A DNA stretch of 64,000 nucleotides from sequence record PP438435.1. One strand, 5' to 3'. The notes beneath the pieces were generated by a model that had not been told where the DNA came from, did no database searches, and was given only the letters and a program-made list of their open reading frames with translations. The position numbers and the translations under genes were made by a program. The first letter of the stretch is position 1. Every line of letters begins with the position of its first letter. This document shows positions 47,548 to 56,648 of this stretch, piece after piece.

Positions 47548-48984
47548 GTGGTCAAACAGCCAACGCTGAACGACGTGATCCTGCGCGCTTTGCGCGGGCT
47601 CCCGCAGGCCGGCGCCATTCGCGCCGAGCGCTTTCAGTGGGCAGCTGACCGTGTGGCCGCACTGCCGCGCTCGGCCGGCGAGGCCGCGATCCGTGACCTG
47701 CGCGGGCTGGGCACCCCTGAGATCGGCGTGCTGGTGCACGAGGCGAGGGGGGTGTGCGACAGCCGCAGCTGTGCCCGCACCATCGCCCGAGCCAAGTTGC
47801 TTGAGCGCGCGCCTGACCTGCAGGTGCGCCACCCGGTGCTGGATGTTGCATTGCCCCTTGCGGCCAGTCTGCTGACGCAAGGGCATGGCGGCTTCGCGCT
47901 CGACCTCACCCATTCCGCTGCGTCCGCGCGCCTTGGCGACGGTGCATCGCGCCCCTGGCAGCTGCCGGATCCCGCGGTTCAGTTCGTCCGCATGCCCGCG
48001 GCGGCTGGCTCCACCCGTATCGGCCTCGCCTATGTCCGTCCGGTGGCGGATCTGGAGGAGGCGCACACCGCCTGCCCTGACGCTGCCCTTGCGCTTTCGC
48101 TGGCGTCGTACTCCGCGGTGGCGGATGGCGTCATGAGCTCTCGCCCGGACGCACTTTTCGTTCTGAATGTGGTTGCTCCCGGTCTCGAAGCCTGGGCACC
48201 GCTACTGCGCGTGTCGCCCACGGTGTCTGAGTCCGTTCGGGCGGCGCTCATGCAGACCGCGTGGACGGAAGCGCCGCCGGTGATGCTGCAGCCGGTCGCC
48301 GTGGGCTACGACATGAACCTGGTGCGCGACGCGCTGAAGGTCGGCGAAGGGTTCTGGCAGCGCTGCGTGCTGGCTGGTGCCGTGCCATCGCTGCCGCCCA
48401 GCGTATCTGCGCCGGCGGCCAAGCTGCCGGCTGGCAGCGAAGAGCGCGCACGGCACCTGGTGCAGCAGTTCCTGTGTATGGACAAACTCGTTCACGGATT
48501 GGGCGAGCGCATGGAAGTCCAGCGCCACGCATTGCGTGCGCTGGCGGCAGACGCGGCATTGGCGGTCGGCACCCATGGATTGGGTGCGGGCCAGATCGAG
48601 GTGATGGAACGCCTCGATGTGCCGGCGGCAGCAGAGGAGCTGCTTGCGCGAGGGATCGCACCCCAAGGATGGTCGTCCGTTGACTGGGATGTCGAGGGCA
48701 TGCGCGCAGCCCTGGAGGGACTGGGCGTGGATGTGACCGGATTCGCCAGGGCCGGAGTGCCCGACGCGGACCGGATGGCGGAAGCGCTTGGGCCGGATGT
48801 CCATGCCTTCCGTATTCGCGAGGTGGCCGTCGCCTGGAGCGCTGCTGAAGCGCAGGCGGGTGTCGATCAGGCGAGTGCGCTCGCTGCAGAGCTGGTCGCG
48901 AATGTGTCGGACCTCGTGTTCGACCAGCTCCGTATTGGCACGGATGCTGACGGTGCGGTGCTTTCCGGTGCGCAGGCGGCATGA
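47548..48984 (+). CDS. Hypothetical protein
   Basis: GGAGG RBS before GTG 47548; long GC3-biased frame. Confidence 0.7.
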   Translation: MVKQPTLNDVILRALRGLPQAGAIRAERFQWAADRVAALPRSAGEAAIRDLRGLGTPEIGVLVHEARGVCDSRSCARTIARAKLLERAPDLQVRHPVLDVALPLAASLLTQGHGGFALDLTHSAASARLGDGASRPWQLPDPAVQFVRMPAAAGSTRIGLAYVRPVADLEEAHTACPDAALALSLASYSAVADGVMSSRPDALFVLNVVAPGLEAWAPLLRVSPTVSESVRAALMQTAWTEAPPVMLQPVAVGYDMNLVRDALKVGEGFWQRCVLAGAVPSLPPSVSAPAAKLPAGSEERARHLVQQFLCMDKLVHGLGERMEVQRHALRALAADAALAVGTHGLGAGQIEVMERLDVPAAAEELLARGIAPQGWSSVDWDVEGMRAALEGLGVDVTGFARAGVPDADRMAEALGPDVHAFRIREVAVAWSAAEAQAGVDQASALAAELVANVSDLVFDQLRIGTDADGAVLSGAQAA

Positions 48985-49165
48985 CGCCGCCGCGCGCCAC
49001 TGTGTTCAGCGGACCCATGGATGGGTCTGCGCCCGCGGCCACGGCAACGTGTCGGCGGGCTCGTGTGGCCACGACTGGGCAGGACGCGCAGCGCTGAGCC
49101 AAACCCCAATCAAGGCCGTTTCGGCGGTCGTCCAGGGCAGGTTGCCCTCACAAGGAGAGTGAGTC

Positions 49166-50281
49166 ATGAGTCTGTTGAACAACATTCGCCCCCAGCGGGG
49201 CGCGTCGGGCACCGTGTCGTTTTTCGGTGTGGTGAAGGCCTTCGACATCAGCGAGAAGGGCCAGTTCGTCGTGGTGCAGGTCGTCAACCACGATCAGTCG
49301 CCGGGTGAAGAGCGTCGCGTCGCGCTGAACCCCGAGTCCAACTACACGCAGAAGAACCCGAAGTACGACCGCCCGACCATCGCGGATCTCACGAAGGGCA
49401 AGATGAAGACCGAGATCGGCGGCACGATCCGCATCGAGAATGCGTACCAGGATCGGAACACCGGCACGTGGATGGCTCGCTGGATCAGCACCGCCCTGAA
49501 GTCCCCCGAGCAGGGTATCGTGCGCGTGCTCGGTGAGGCGCGTGTCGGTACGCTGGTCACGAACCCGCAGACCAACAAGAGCTATCGCGCCCTCGACATC
49601 CTGGACAGCAAGAATGCGAAGCCGGTGCGCACGCTCGGCGAGCTCGACGAGGCGGTCAAGGCGGCCGTCACTGGCGTGCACGGATCGGCCTTCATCCGCA
49701 TCCGCGAGTTCGACGCCCAGGGCAAGGCCGACTACGAAGGCATCTTCGTTTCCGGCGGCGGCGCAGCCGACGCTGCCGAGCGCGCCGAGCGCGTCATGAG
49801 CTCCAAGAACGAGAACTTCAGTCGCTTGCGCGACGCGCTGGCGAAGTCCGACGTCGGCCCCGCGATGGCCGTCGAAGTGGTCCCGACGTTCCGCGTCTTC
49901 TTCGGGTCCGAATCTGCGACTAAGAGTCAGCTGGATGCGCTGTTCTGCGCGCATTCGCAGCGGGAGAACGGCGAGGGGCCCGCGTACAGCAAGGGCTTCA
50001 CCACCGTGCTGGCCCACTTCCACAAGTACCAGGACAGCAACGAGGTCTTCTGCGCCGGTGCGCTCACCACGGGCAGCAACGCCACCTTCTCCCGCGTGGG
50101 CGCGAGCTTCGAGGTCGAGGGCGTCGTGGCGGGTGCCGAGAACATCGACACGGCCGAGTCCGGCCTGAGCGGTGCGGCCCCGTCCGAGGATGAGCTGCCG
50201 CCGGAGATTGACCTCGACGCCGCCATGGGTGCCGCGGCGCCGCCGGCTGCGCGTCCGGCAGCTCCCGGCCCCTCGTTCTAA
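49166..50281 (+). CDS. Hypothetical protein with strong high-expression codon bias and acidic/Pro-rich tail
   Basis: AAGGAG RBS; near-exclusive AAG/AAC/TTC/ATC codons. Confidence 0.85.
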   Translation: MSLLNNIRPQRGASGTVSFFGVVKAFDISEKGQFVVVQVVNHDQSPGEERRVALNPESNYTQKNPKYDRPTIADLTKGKMKTEIGGTIRIENAYQDRNTGTWMARWISTALKSPEQGIVRVLGEARVGTLVTNPQTNKSYRALDILDSKNAKPVRTLGELDEAVKAAVTGVHGSAFIRIREFDAQGKADYEGIFVSGGGAADAAERAERVMSSKNENFSRLRDALAKSDVGPAMAVEVVPTFRVFFGSESATKSQLDALFCAHSQRENGEGPAYSKGFTTVLAHFHKYQDSNEVFCAGALTTGSNATFSRVGASFEVEGVVAGAENIDTAESGLSGAAPSEDELPPEIDLDAAMGAAAPPAARPAAPGPSF

Positions 50282-50391
50282 GCCTGCACGCCAGCGCCCC
50301 GAAGGATCCCAGGATAGGCCGCCAAGGATGGCGGCATGGCAAGGACGCCGCTTCGGGTATGTTCTCCGCACGCAGACAGAAAGGACCTCAC

Positions 50392-50904
50392 ATGTCATCG
50401 CAGACCCTGCCTGTTGTCTTCCGTGCGACAGGAACGGCCTCGCAGTATTCCGTGTCGCTTGAGGCCTACGAGGCACAGTCAGACGCGCCGTCCTGGTGGC
50501 CGGCGCGTCTGACGATCGCGCAGGACGCGGCTGAGCGCTCCTTCGACGGCCGCGTTCATGGGCTTGCCGGCGCCGCCTACGTGACGTTTTCGTCGCTGGT
50601 CGAACGTCGTGGCGAACGCCACGTGCATGCGGATCTTCTGCGCGGCCGCTTGCCTCCTGACGGGGAGGCGCGCTTCGACGCCACCTTCGTTCCGCCGAAC
50701 GCAGCGGCCCAGGTGCGCAGCTTGATTCACCAATCGAACATCCGTGGCGTGCCTGCGGATATAGCCATGGCCGCGAAACAGGAAGCCGCGCGCATCCGCG
50801 ACGATTACGGCGTGCCGGTTTCAATGGAGGTCGTTGTCGCTTTCGATCGCGCTGCCAGCCGCACCGCGGAAGTGCGTCGCGGCCTCAAGGCGCCGGGGCT
50901 GTAG
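50392..50904 (+). CDS. Hypothetical protein
   Basis: AAAGGA RBS before ATG 50392. Confidence 0.65.
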   Translation: MSSQTLPVVFRATGTASQYSVSLEAYEAQSDAPSWWPARLTIAQDAAERSFDGRVHGLAGAAYVTFSSLVERRGERHVHADLLRGRLPPDGEARFDATFVPPNAAAQVRSLIHQSNIRGVPADIAMAAKQEAARIRDDYGVPVSMEVVVAFDRAASRTAEVRRGLKAPGL

Positions 50905-50976
50905 CGCTCGACTCGCGTTCTATCACTAACGCGGACCTCCCATGAGCCGGGCACGGTCTGCTGGAGGAATCCCGTA

Positions 50977-53900
50977 ATGATCCAGTGGATTGATCTGTCC
51001 GCCCACGGCTTCCAGCTGCGCGGGGCGCAGCGCGAGGGCGAATCGCGCCGCGTCGTTGCTGTGCCTGATCCGATCGAGGCGGATCTGTCCGCGAGCGTTG
51101 TCGAGGGTCTCACGGGGCTCGGCTTCGAGCGCAGTGGCTGGCCCGCGGTGTGGCACCGCGAGGCGCGCGGGCTGTTGATGGCGCAGGTCCTTGGCCGCTT
51201 CCCTCAAGGTGTGCTGTCGCCGATCGCTGTGGAGGAGCTCTTCACAGCACCGTATCCGGACGGGCGTGACGGCTCGCCGCTGGGACGCTTGGCGGAGCTT
51301 CTGTCGGAACAGCGATCAGCGCCGAATGACATGCTTGGCACCGGCACGGCTTTGGTGCAGTTTCTTGCTGCTGCGCATCGTGAGTCCGGCGAGATCATCT
51401 GGGCGCGCTGGGCTGACGTCGAAACCATTGAAACCCTCGCCGCTGCCGATGCGCAGAGTATTGCGCGCTGGATGGAAGGCCAGCTGCGCATGCGGGCGGT
51501 GCGTACGTCGGACGACCCCGTACGCGATGTCGCCGATCCGGTTCTTGCAACACCGGAGCTGCGAGGGCGTAGCGGCTTCGAGCTGCGACGCGCACTAGAA
51601 GAGTGGAAACAGCATGTCGAAGCTCCGTTGTTGCGGACGCTTGACATTGACGAGGCCCGCATTCGCGATGTCGAAGCCTTGCTCGGCGAGACGCCGCGCG
51701 TTGAGCTCGCGCGGCACTGCGTTGGCGCGTCGAGGCGCGCGGTGGCTTTGGAGCGTGGCCGGCTCGAGGCGGCCGAGAAGCGCGCGTCGGACGCCGAGTT
51801 CGAGGCCGTTGTCGCTGAGTGGGGGCCGTACGTGTCGCCCAATGAGGGCGCGGATGTGCGAGGGCTGATGATTGAGGCGGGCCTGGATCCCGAGGGTCTG
51901 GCGGTCGCGCTTGAAGACGGCGAGCTTCGCGCGCTCAGGCCCGCAGATTCGGGTGCGGTTGCGTTCTTCGGTCGCGCGAGCGAGATGCTGGGCTGGACGG
52001 TCACGAGCACCGCCAGCCTGCCGATGTCGATCGTGACGGCTTCGCGGGAGGTGGCCGCGCGGGTGGTCGCGCGGCGTGACGCCGCGGCGAATGTGGGGCC
52101 GGTGGTGCTCTTGCAGCAGGCTGGTGGCAAGGTCCTGGCGCTGGATGAGCGCTTTGTCCGCCTGATCGAAGCAATGGCGCCCGGTGGGACGTGGCGCGGC
52201 CCGGACCGCACCGAGCAGGAGCACGCGGTCGCGTGGGGCGGCGGTGGCGTGGCGTACGAGCGTGACGGGGCGCTCGTGGCTATGTTGGCGCCCTTGCGCC
52301 ACATCGTGGCGCAGTGCGATAGGCAACTGCCTGAGATCCTGGCGCGCGCAGCGGCAGGTTTCCCCGATCGTGCGCGGCCTGCCGCTGCTCTCGCTGCGGA
52401 CGGCGCTGTGTACCGAGGCGCGCCTCTTGGCGCGCCGCCGGCGGCGCGCGTGGATCTGGATGTGTCGGCATGGCTGCCCCCAACGGTGCAGTCTGGCGCG
52501 AGCACCTTCGTTACGGTGATGTACGTCGGCGTGCCGGCCGACGTTGCGCAGCGCGCCGAGAGTGCGCATGACGCAGGTGTGTCCGTGCCCTGGGCCGAGA
52601 TCGAGTCGCTTTCGTATGGGCGCGTGTTGCGGGATGTCGAAGACGGGCATCCGGTTCCGTTTGCGGGTGAGGTGCTGCCAGACCGCGTGGTTGTCGGCTG
52701 GCGCCGATCCGACCTGCAGACCACTCTCAACCAACTGCGCAATCGGCGAGCCTACCCGGACACCACGTGGTTCCTGGAGGCCGCGCCCGGCGCCGCGCCG
52801 GTGCTGGAAGTCCACGTTCCGTTCGTTCGGGAGCGCGCGTCGACCTACAAGGAGCGGGTGATTATCCCCGCCCACGAAGACCAGTCGCTGATCATTCTGC
52901 GGCGACCTGTCGACGCCGAGACGTGGAGCTCTGCCGGCGTGTTCGAGCCGGTGCCGGCCCGTGGGCTCGCCGACGATGCGTTGGAGCGCGGCCTGGTGCG
53001 TGTGGCGCATGCGGACGATCCGGCAATCGCTCAGGCTGTGTCTGCATGGGAAGCGCAGCGTTCTGCGGAGGACCTGGACGCGGAGCTCGTGTCGCCGGAC
53101 GACAGCTCGGTTGCGTCGGAGGCCGACGGCCCCGACAGCGATGCCGACGACGAGGCAGAGGAGTCGCGCCCCCCCGAGGGGAAAGCCCGCATCGAGGACT
53201 TCGGCGAGAAGATCGGAGGCGCGCGCAAGGACATCAACGGCTTGGGATCACGCGCCCTTGAAGTCGCAATGACGGAGACGTGGACCAGCGACGAGCTGCG
53301 CGAGTACCTGACCAAGGATCGCCTCTGGCCGTTCTCGGTCAAACAGCGACTCGCTGAGGGTGCCGAACCAGGCGTCGTCGCGCTGGAGAAGGACGTCCGC
53401 GATTACGTGCGTCCGGAGTACCACCGTGTCGGCCGCGGGACGCGCGGCAACGTGCTCGCATGGGACGATGCCGCGGCTCGGCGCTGGGCATCGGGTGTAC
53501 GCGTCATGGCGAGCGTCTTCGAGGGTGTGAAGACGGTCGCTGAACTGAAGGCGCGCGCCAGCGCCGCCTTCGATGCCGCAAACCCCGTGGCTCGGGCACG
53601 CCTTGCACTGACGGAAGGGGTGAACCTGCGCCGCTACCGCGACTACTGGCGTAACTGGGTAGGGGGCTTGGCCGCGCAGGACGAGTCTGTGCGCTTCCGC
53701 GTGGTTGGCCAGATCGAGGCGAGCGGCCGCGTCCTCATGGCGCGCCGCGAGCGCAACGAGAACCGGCGTGATGTGCGCGAGCAGGTCAAGCTCGCGCGTC
53801 CGGAAAAGGGCAAGGCGCCGCGCATCAGCGAGCGCCCGCATCTGGCGGAAATCGGCCGGGTCGGCCCCGAGGTGCGGAGCGGTAACGTCACCCCCGAGTT

Positions 53901-56475
53901 GCTGGCGACGACCTTCGGGTTCCGCGGCGGCGAGTTCGGGAACTGGCTGGGACAGAAGGAGCGCCAGGAGGTCCTCAACTTCGCGTTCGAGTCCCTGCAC
54001 GATCTGGCGCGTGTGCTGGGCATCCCAGCCAGTGCCGTCAGCTTGAACGGCGAGCTTGCGATCGCGTTTGGCGCACGCGGCACTGGCGGCAAGCGCTCGG
54101 CGGCCGCGCACTACGAGACGGGTCGGCGCGTCATCAATCTCACCCGCATGAACGGCGCCGGCTCACTGGCGCACGAGTTCGCGCATGCGTTCGATCACTA
54201 TGTCGCCCGGACCCTGGCGCCGGATCTCGGCCGCGTGTTCGTCACCGAGAGCGGCGGCGATGTCACCGGCTATCGACTGCGCGGGTCGGGGCTTCGTGAG
54301 GAGGTCGCGCGGGCAATTGCCGGCGTGGTCCAGTCCTTGTTCTGGTATCGACCGTCCGATGAAGAGCGCGTCGCCGCCTCGCGTTCCGAGGCCGTCGCTG
54401 CGATGGATGAGATCCAGCGGCTGTGGCAACTTCCGCTGGCCCATCCGGAGAAGGCGCTGGCCTGGCAGGTCTTTGGTGGCAACGACGCGATCGTGCTTGC
54501 GGATACGCGGGTAGCGGCGGGCGTGCAAGCGGTTAACCTCGCGTTCATGAGGCTCTGTGATGAGCTGCGCGAGGGGCTGGCGACGCTCGAAAAGGCACGC
54601 GCGATGCTGGATGACGCGCCGACCGCGGCCGGCGAGCTGGTCGCCGAGGCTGGGCAGCGGGTCTACGAGGCGCAGCGCGCGATCACGGCAGCGTGGGACG
54701 AAAATCGCAAGGAGCCGAATGAGGCTCTGCGTCAGATTGCACCGCACCTCCGGCTGCAGTGTGCCGGTGGGTACGCTTCCAGTGCCGCCGATCGCGTTCA
54801 GCGGCGCATCAATGAGTGGCAAGCCCTGATCGTGCGGCTCGCGACGGGCAGCATCACGTCCGAGTATCAGACCCAGTATCTGCGGGACGCCCTCGCGATC
54901 GACGAGTTTGAGCAGCGAAAGCCTGCGTACTGGGCGCAGCCGATCGAGCTGTTTGCGCGTGCTTTCGAGAGCTGGGTGTTCGATCGCCTGCAGGAGAAGG
55001 GCCAGCACTCGGACTACCTGGTGCACGGCGTCGAGGACAAGGGGTACACGCTGGCCGAGCACGGCGCCGCGGTCAACGCAGGCGATGTGCGAGATCCCGA
55101 AAGCGGCCGCGGCCTCTTCCCGTATCCGCGCGGCGTCGAACGTGCTCGCATCAATGCTGCCTTTGACGCGCTGGCCGGCGCCCTGAAGCACGAGGTGACA
55201 CCGGAAGGGCATTGCAAGCTGTATCAGCGCCGCCCCAGCCCGCTGGGCGCAGGGCAGGGGATGTCGGTGGAGGCGGTGGTGCGCGCCGTGCATCGCTTCC
55301 GTGATGCGCTGGCCAACACGTGCGGGGTCGAGGTCGTGGCGCAGGTCGAGGACCTTCCTGCGCCGGCGCCAGCCGATGTTGCTGGTCTCTTCGACGTCCC
55401 GACCCGTACGGTGTATCTGGTGGCGGCGAATCTGCGTTCCCCGGGCGAGGTGAATGCGACGCTGACCCACGAGATCTTGCGCCACGCGGGGCTGTTCGCC
55501 CTCTTGGGCGAGCACAAGGAATCGGTGCTGGAATCGATCTGGGCGGACAACCCGAGCGTCCGCCAGCGGGCCGACGCTCTGCGGTCGGAGGGCATCGAAG
55601 AAGGTATCGTCTTCTCGCGCACAGAGGCGACCGAGGAAGCGCTGGCGCAGCTCGCCGATGAAGGCGCACTGGTCAGGCTTTCGACCTGGGGGCGCGCTGC
55701 AGCGTGGATCCGATCGGCAATCCGGGACGTGGGCCTGGGGTCGCTCGTGGGGCGCTGGGATGATCGGGACGTGGCGTATCTCGTCAGTCGCGCTGCACGC
55801 GCGTCGGGCCTGCGGCCGCACACGTTGCCGACGGCGGGCAGCGCGACGCCGGATGGGTGGATGATGCGGTTCCTGGAGGCGCCCCGCCGCGCACTCACCG
55901 CAGGGGCTTTCCTGGGCTCGATGCTGGGTGCCGGTGTGCTGTCGGGGCTGCAGCCGGCGCCGCCGCGCAGCGACCCGTACCAGCCTCCCCTGAGCTGGCC
56001 CGAGATCTACGCGCCGGAGTGTGTGGCCGACAGCGCGGCGCGAGAAGACACCGCCCGGCGTTGGGCCCGTTTCGGCATGCCAGCCGAAGCCTTCAGTGCG
56101 GAGGTGCGCTCTGGGTTGATGTCCGACATCGAGCGGGCGCGCGCCGCGCTTGAGGGAGAGGCAGATCGCATCCATGCGCGATTCGACGCGGTGGAGGAGG
56201 CTCTGATGAAGCGCGTGGAGTCGGGCGACCCGCTGGTCGCTCGCGCCGCGCGGGTGCAACTGGAGAGCGCGCGCTCTGCGAGAGACGAAGCGTACAGCGC
56301 TGCATCGAGCCAGGTGTTCGGCAACGTCGATGCGCAGGTGCTCGCAGCGTTGAATGCGCAGTGCCGGGAAATCGCGGACGCGTACGCGCCGCCGGTGCGG
56401 TGGCCGGATCCGAGGGAGATGGAAGCCCTCGAGGACGAGTCCGCGGCCGCGTCTGTACGCTCGCCGTCGCTGTGA
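50977..56475 (+). CDS. Large polyvalent protein with LPD1-associated zincin metallopeptidase and a second HE-motif peptidase-like domain
   Basis: RIEDFGEKIGGARKD; FGFRGGEFGNW...IAFGARG...AAAHYE...INLTRMNGAGSLAHEFAHAFDHY; YWAQPIELFARAFE; LTHEILRHAGL. Confidence 0.82.
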   Translation: MIQWIDLSAHGFQLRGAQREGESRRVVAVPDPIEADLSASVVEGLTGLGFERSGWPAVWHREARGLLMAQVLGRFPQGVLSPIAVEELFTAPYPDGRDGSPLGRLAELLSEQRSAPNDMLGTGTALVQFLAAAHRESGEIIWARWADVETIETLAAADAQSIARWMEGQLRMRAVRTSDDPVRDVADPVLATPELRGRSGFELRRALEEWKQHVEAPLLRTLDIDEARIRDVEALLGETPRVELARHCVGASRRAVALERGRLEAAEKRASDAEFEAVVAEWGPYVSPNEGADVRGLMIEAGLDPEGLAVALEDGELRALRPADSGAVAFFGRASEMLGWTVTSTASLPMSIVTASREVAARVVARRDAAANVGPVVLLQQAGGKVLALDERFVRLIEAMAPGGTWRGPDRTEQEHAVAWGGGGVAYERDGALVAMLAPLRHIVAQCDRQLPEILARAAAGFPDRARPAAALAADGAVYRGAPLGAPPAARVDLDVSAWLPPTVQSGASTFVTVMYVGVPADVAQRAESAHDAGVSVPWAEIESLSYGRVLRDVEDGHPVPFAGEVLPDRVVVGWRRSDLQTTLNQLRNRRAYPDTTWFLEAAPGAAPVLEVHVPFVRERASTYKERVIIPAHEDQSLIILRRPVDAETWSSAGVFEPVPARGLADDALERGLVRVAHADDPAIAQAVSAWEAQRSAEDLDAELVSPDDSSVASEADGPDSDADDEAEESRPPEGKARIEDFGEKIGGARKDINGLGSRALEVAMTETWTSDELREYLTKDRLWPFSVKQRLAEGAEPGVVALEKDVRDYVRPEYHRVGRGTRGNVLAWDDAAARRWASGVRVMASVFEGVKTVAELKARASAAFDAANPVARARLALTEGVNLRRYRDYWRNWVGGLAAQDESVRFRVVGQIEASGRVLMARRERNENRRDVREQVKLARPEKGKAPRISERPHLAEIGRVGPEVRSGNVTPELLATTFGFRGGEFGNWLGQKERQEVLNFAFESLHDLARVLGIPASAVSLNGELAIAFGARGTGGKRSAAAHYETGRRVINLTRMNGAGSLAHEFAHAFDHYVARTLAPDLGRVFVTESGGDVTGYRLRGSGLREEVARAIAGVVQSLFWYRPSDEERVAASRSEAVAAMDEIQRLWQLPLAHPEKALAWQVFGGNDAIVLADTRVAAGVQAVNLAFMRLCDELREGLATLEKARAMLDDAPTAAGELVAEAGQRVYEAQRAITAAWDENRKEPNEALRQIAPHLRLQCAGGYASSAADRVQRRINEWQALIVRLATGSITSEYQTQYLRDALAIDEFEQRKPAYWAQPIELFARAFESWVFDRLQEKGQHSDYLVHGVEDKGYTLAEHGAAVNAGDVRDPESGRGLFPYPRGVERARINAAFDALAGALKHEVTPEGHCKLYQRRPSPLGAGQGMSVEAVVRAVHRFRDALANTCGVEVVAQVEDLPAPAPADVAGLFDVPTRTVYLVAANLRSPGEVNATLTHEILRHAGLFALLGEHKESVLESIWADNPSVRQRADALRSEGIEEGIVFSRTEATEEALAQLADEGALVRLSTWGRAAAWIRSAIRDVGLGSLVGRWDDRDVAYLVSRAARASGLRPHTLPTAGSATPDGWMMRFLEAPRRALTAGAFLGSMLGAGVLSGLQPAPPRSDPYQPPLSWPEIYAPECVADSAAREDTARRWARFGMPAEAFSAEVRSGLMSDIERARAALEGEADRIHARFDAVEEALMKRVESGDPLVARAARVQLESARSARDEAYSAASSQVFGNVDAQVLAALNAQCREIADAYAPPVRWPDPREMEALEDESAAASVRSPSL

Positions 56476-56479
56476 ACTG

Positions 56480-56532
56480 AACACGCCACCCGGTGGGCCC
56501 GCAGGCGCGAGGGGTCCACCGGGTGGCGTGTT
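56480..56532. repeat. 17-bp perfect inverted repeat between the two giant genes
   Basis: AACACGCCACCCGGTGG / CCACCGGGTGGCGTGTT with 19-nt loop. Confidence 0.85.
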
Positions 56533-56648
56533 GCTGTGGGCGTTCTGAAAGCGTTGGGTCGCGGGCCTCACCCTTGCCGTGTGGGCGTATTGGATACATG
56601 ATGCGCCTATGCCCCGCAGGAAGCGGGGCGGTCATGCAAGGACGCCCC

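Noticed and set aside
49148-50824. 558-aa minus-strand ORF
   Set aside because: Antisense shadow of the strongly codon-biased 49166 and 50392 genes; no motifs or RBS.
54163-56571. 802-aa minus-strand ORF
   Set aside because: Antisense shadow of the LPD1-type gene, expected in high-GC coding DNA.
56493-56648. ORF-track start of the giant gene at 56493
   Set aside because: Lies within an inverted repeat; RBS and the shared N-terminal domain support 56649.
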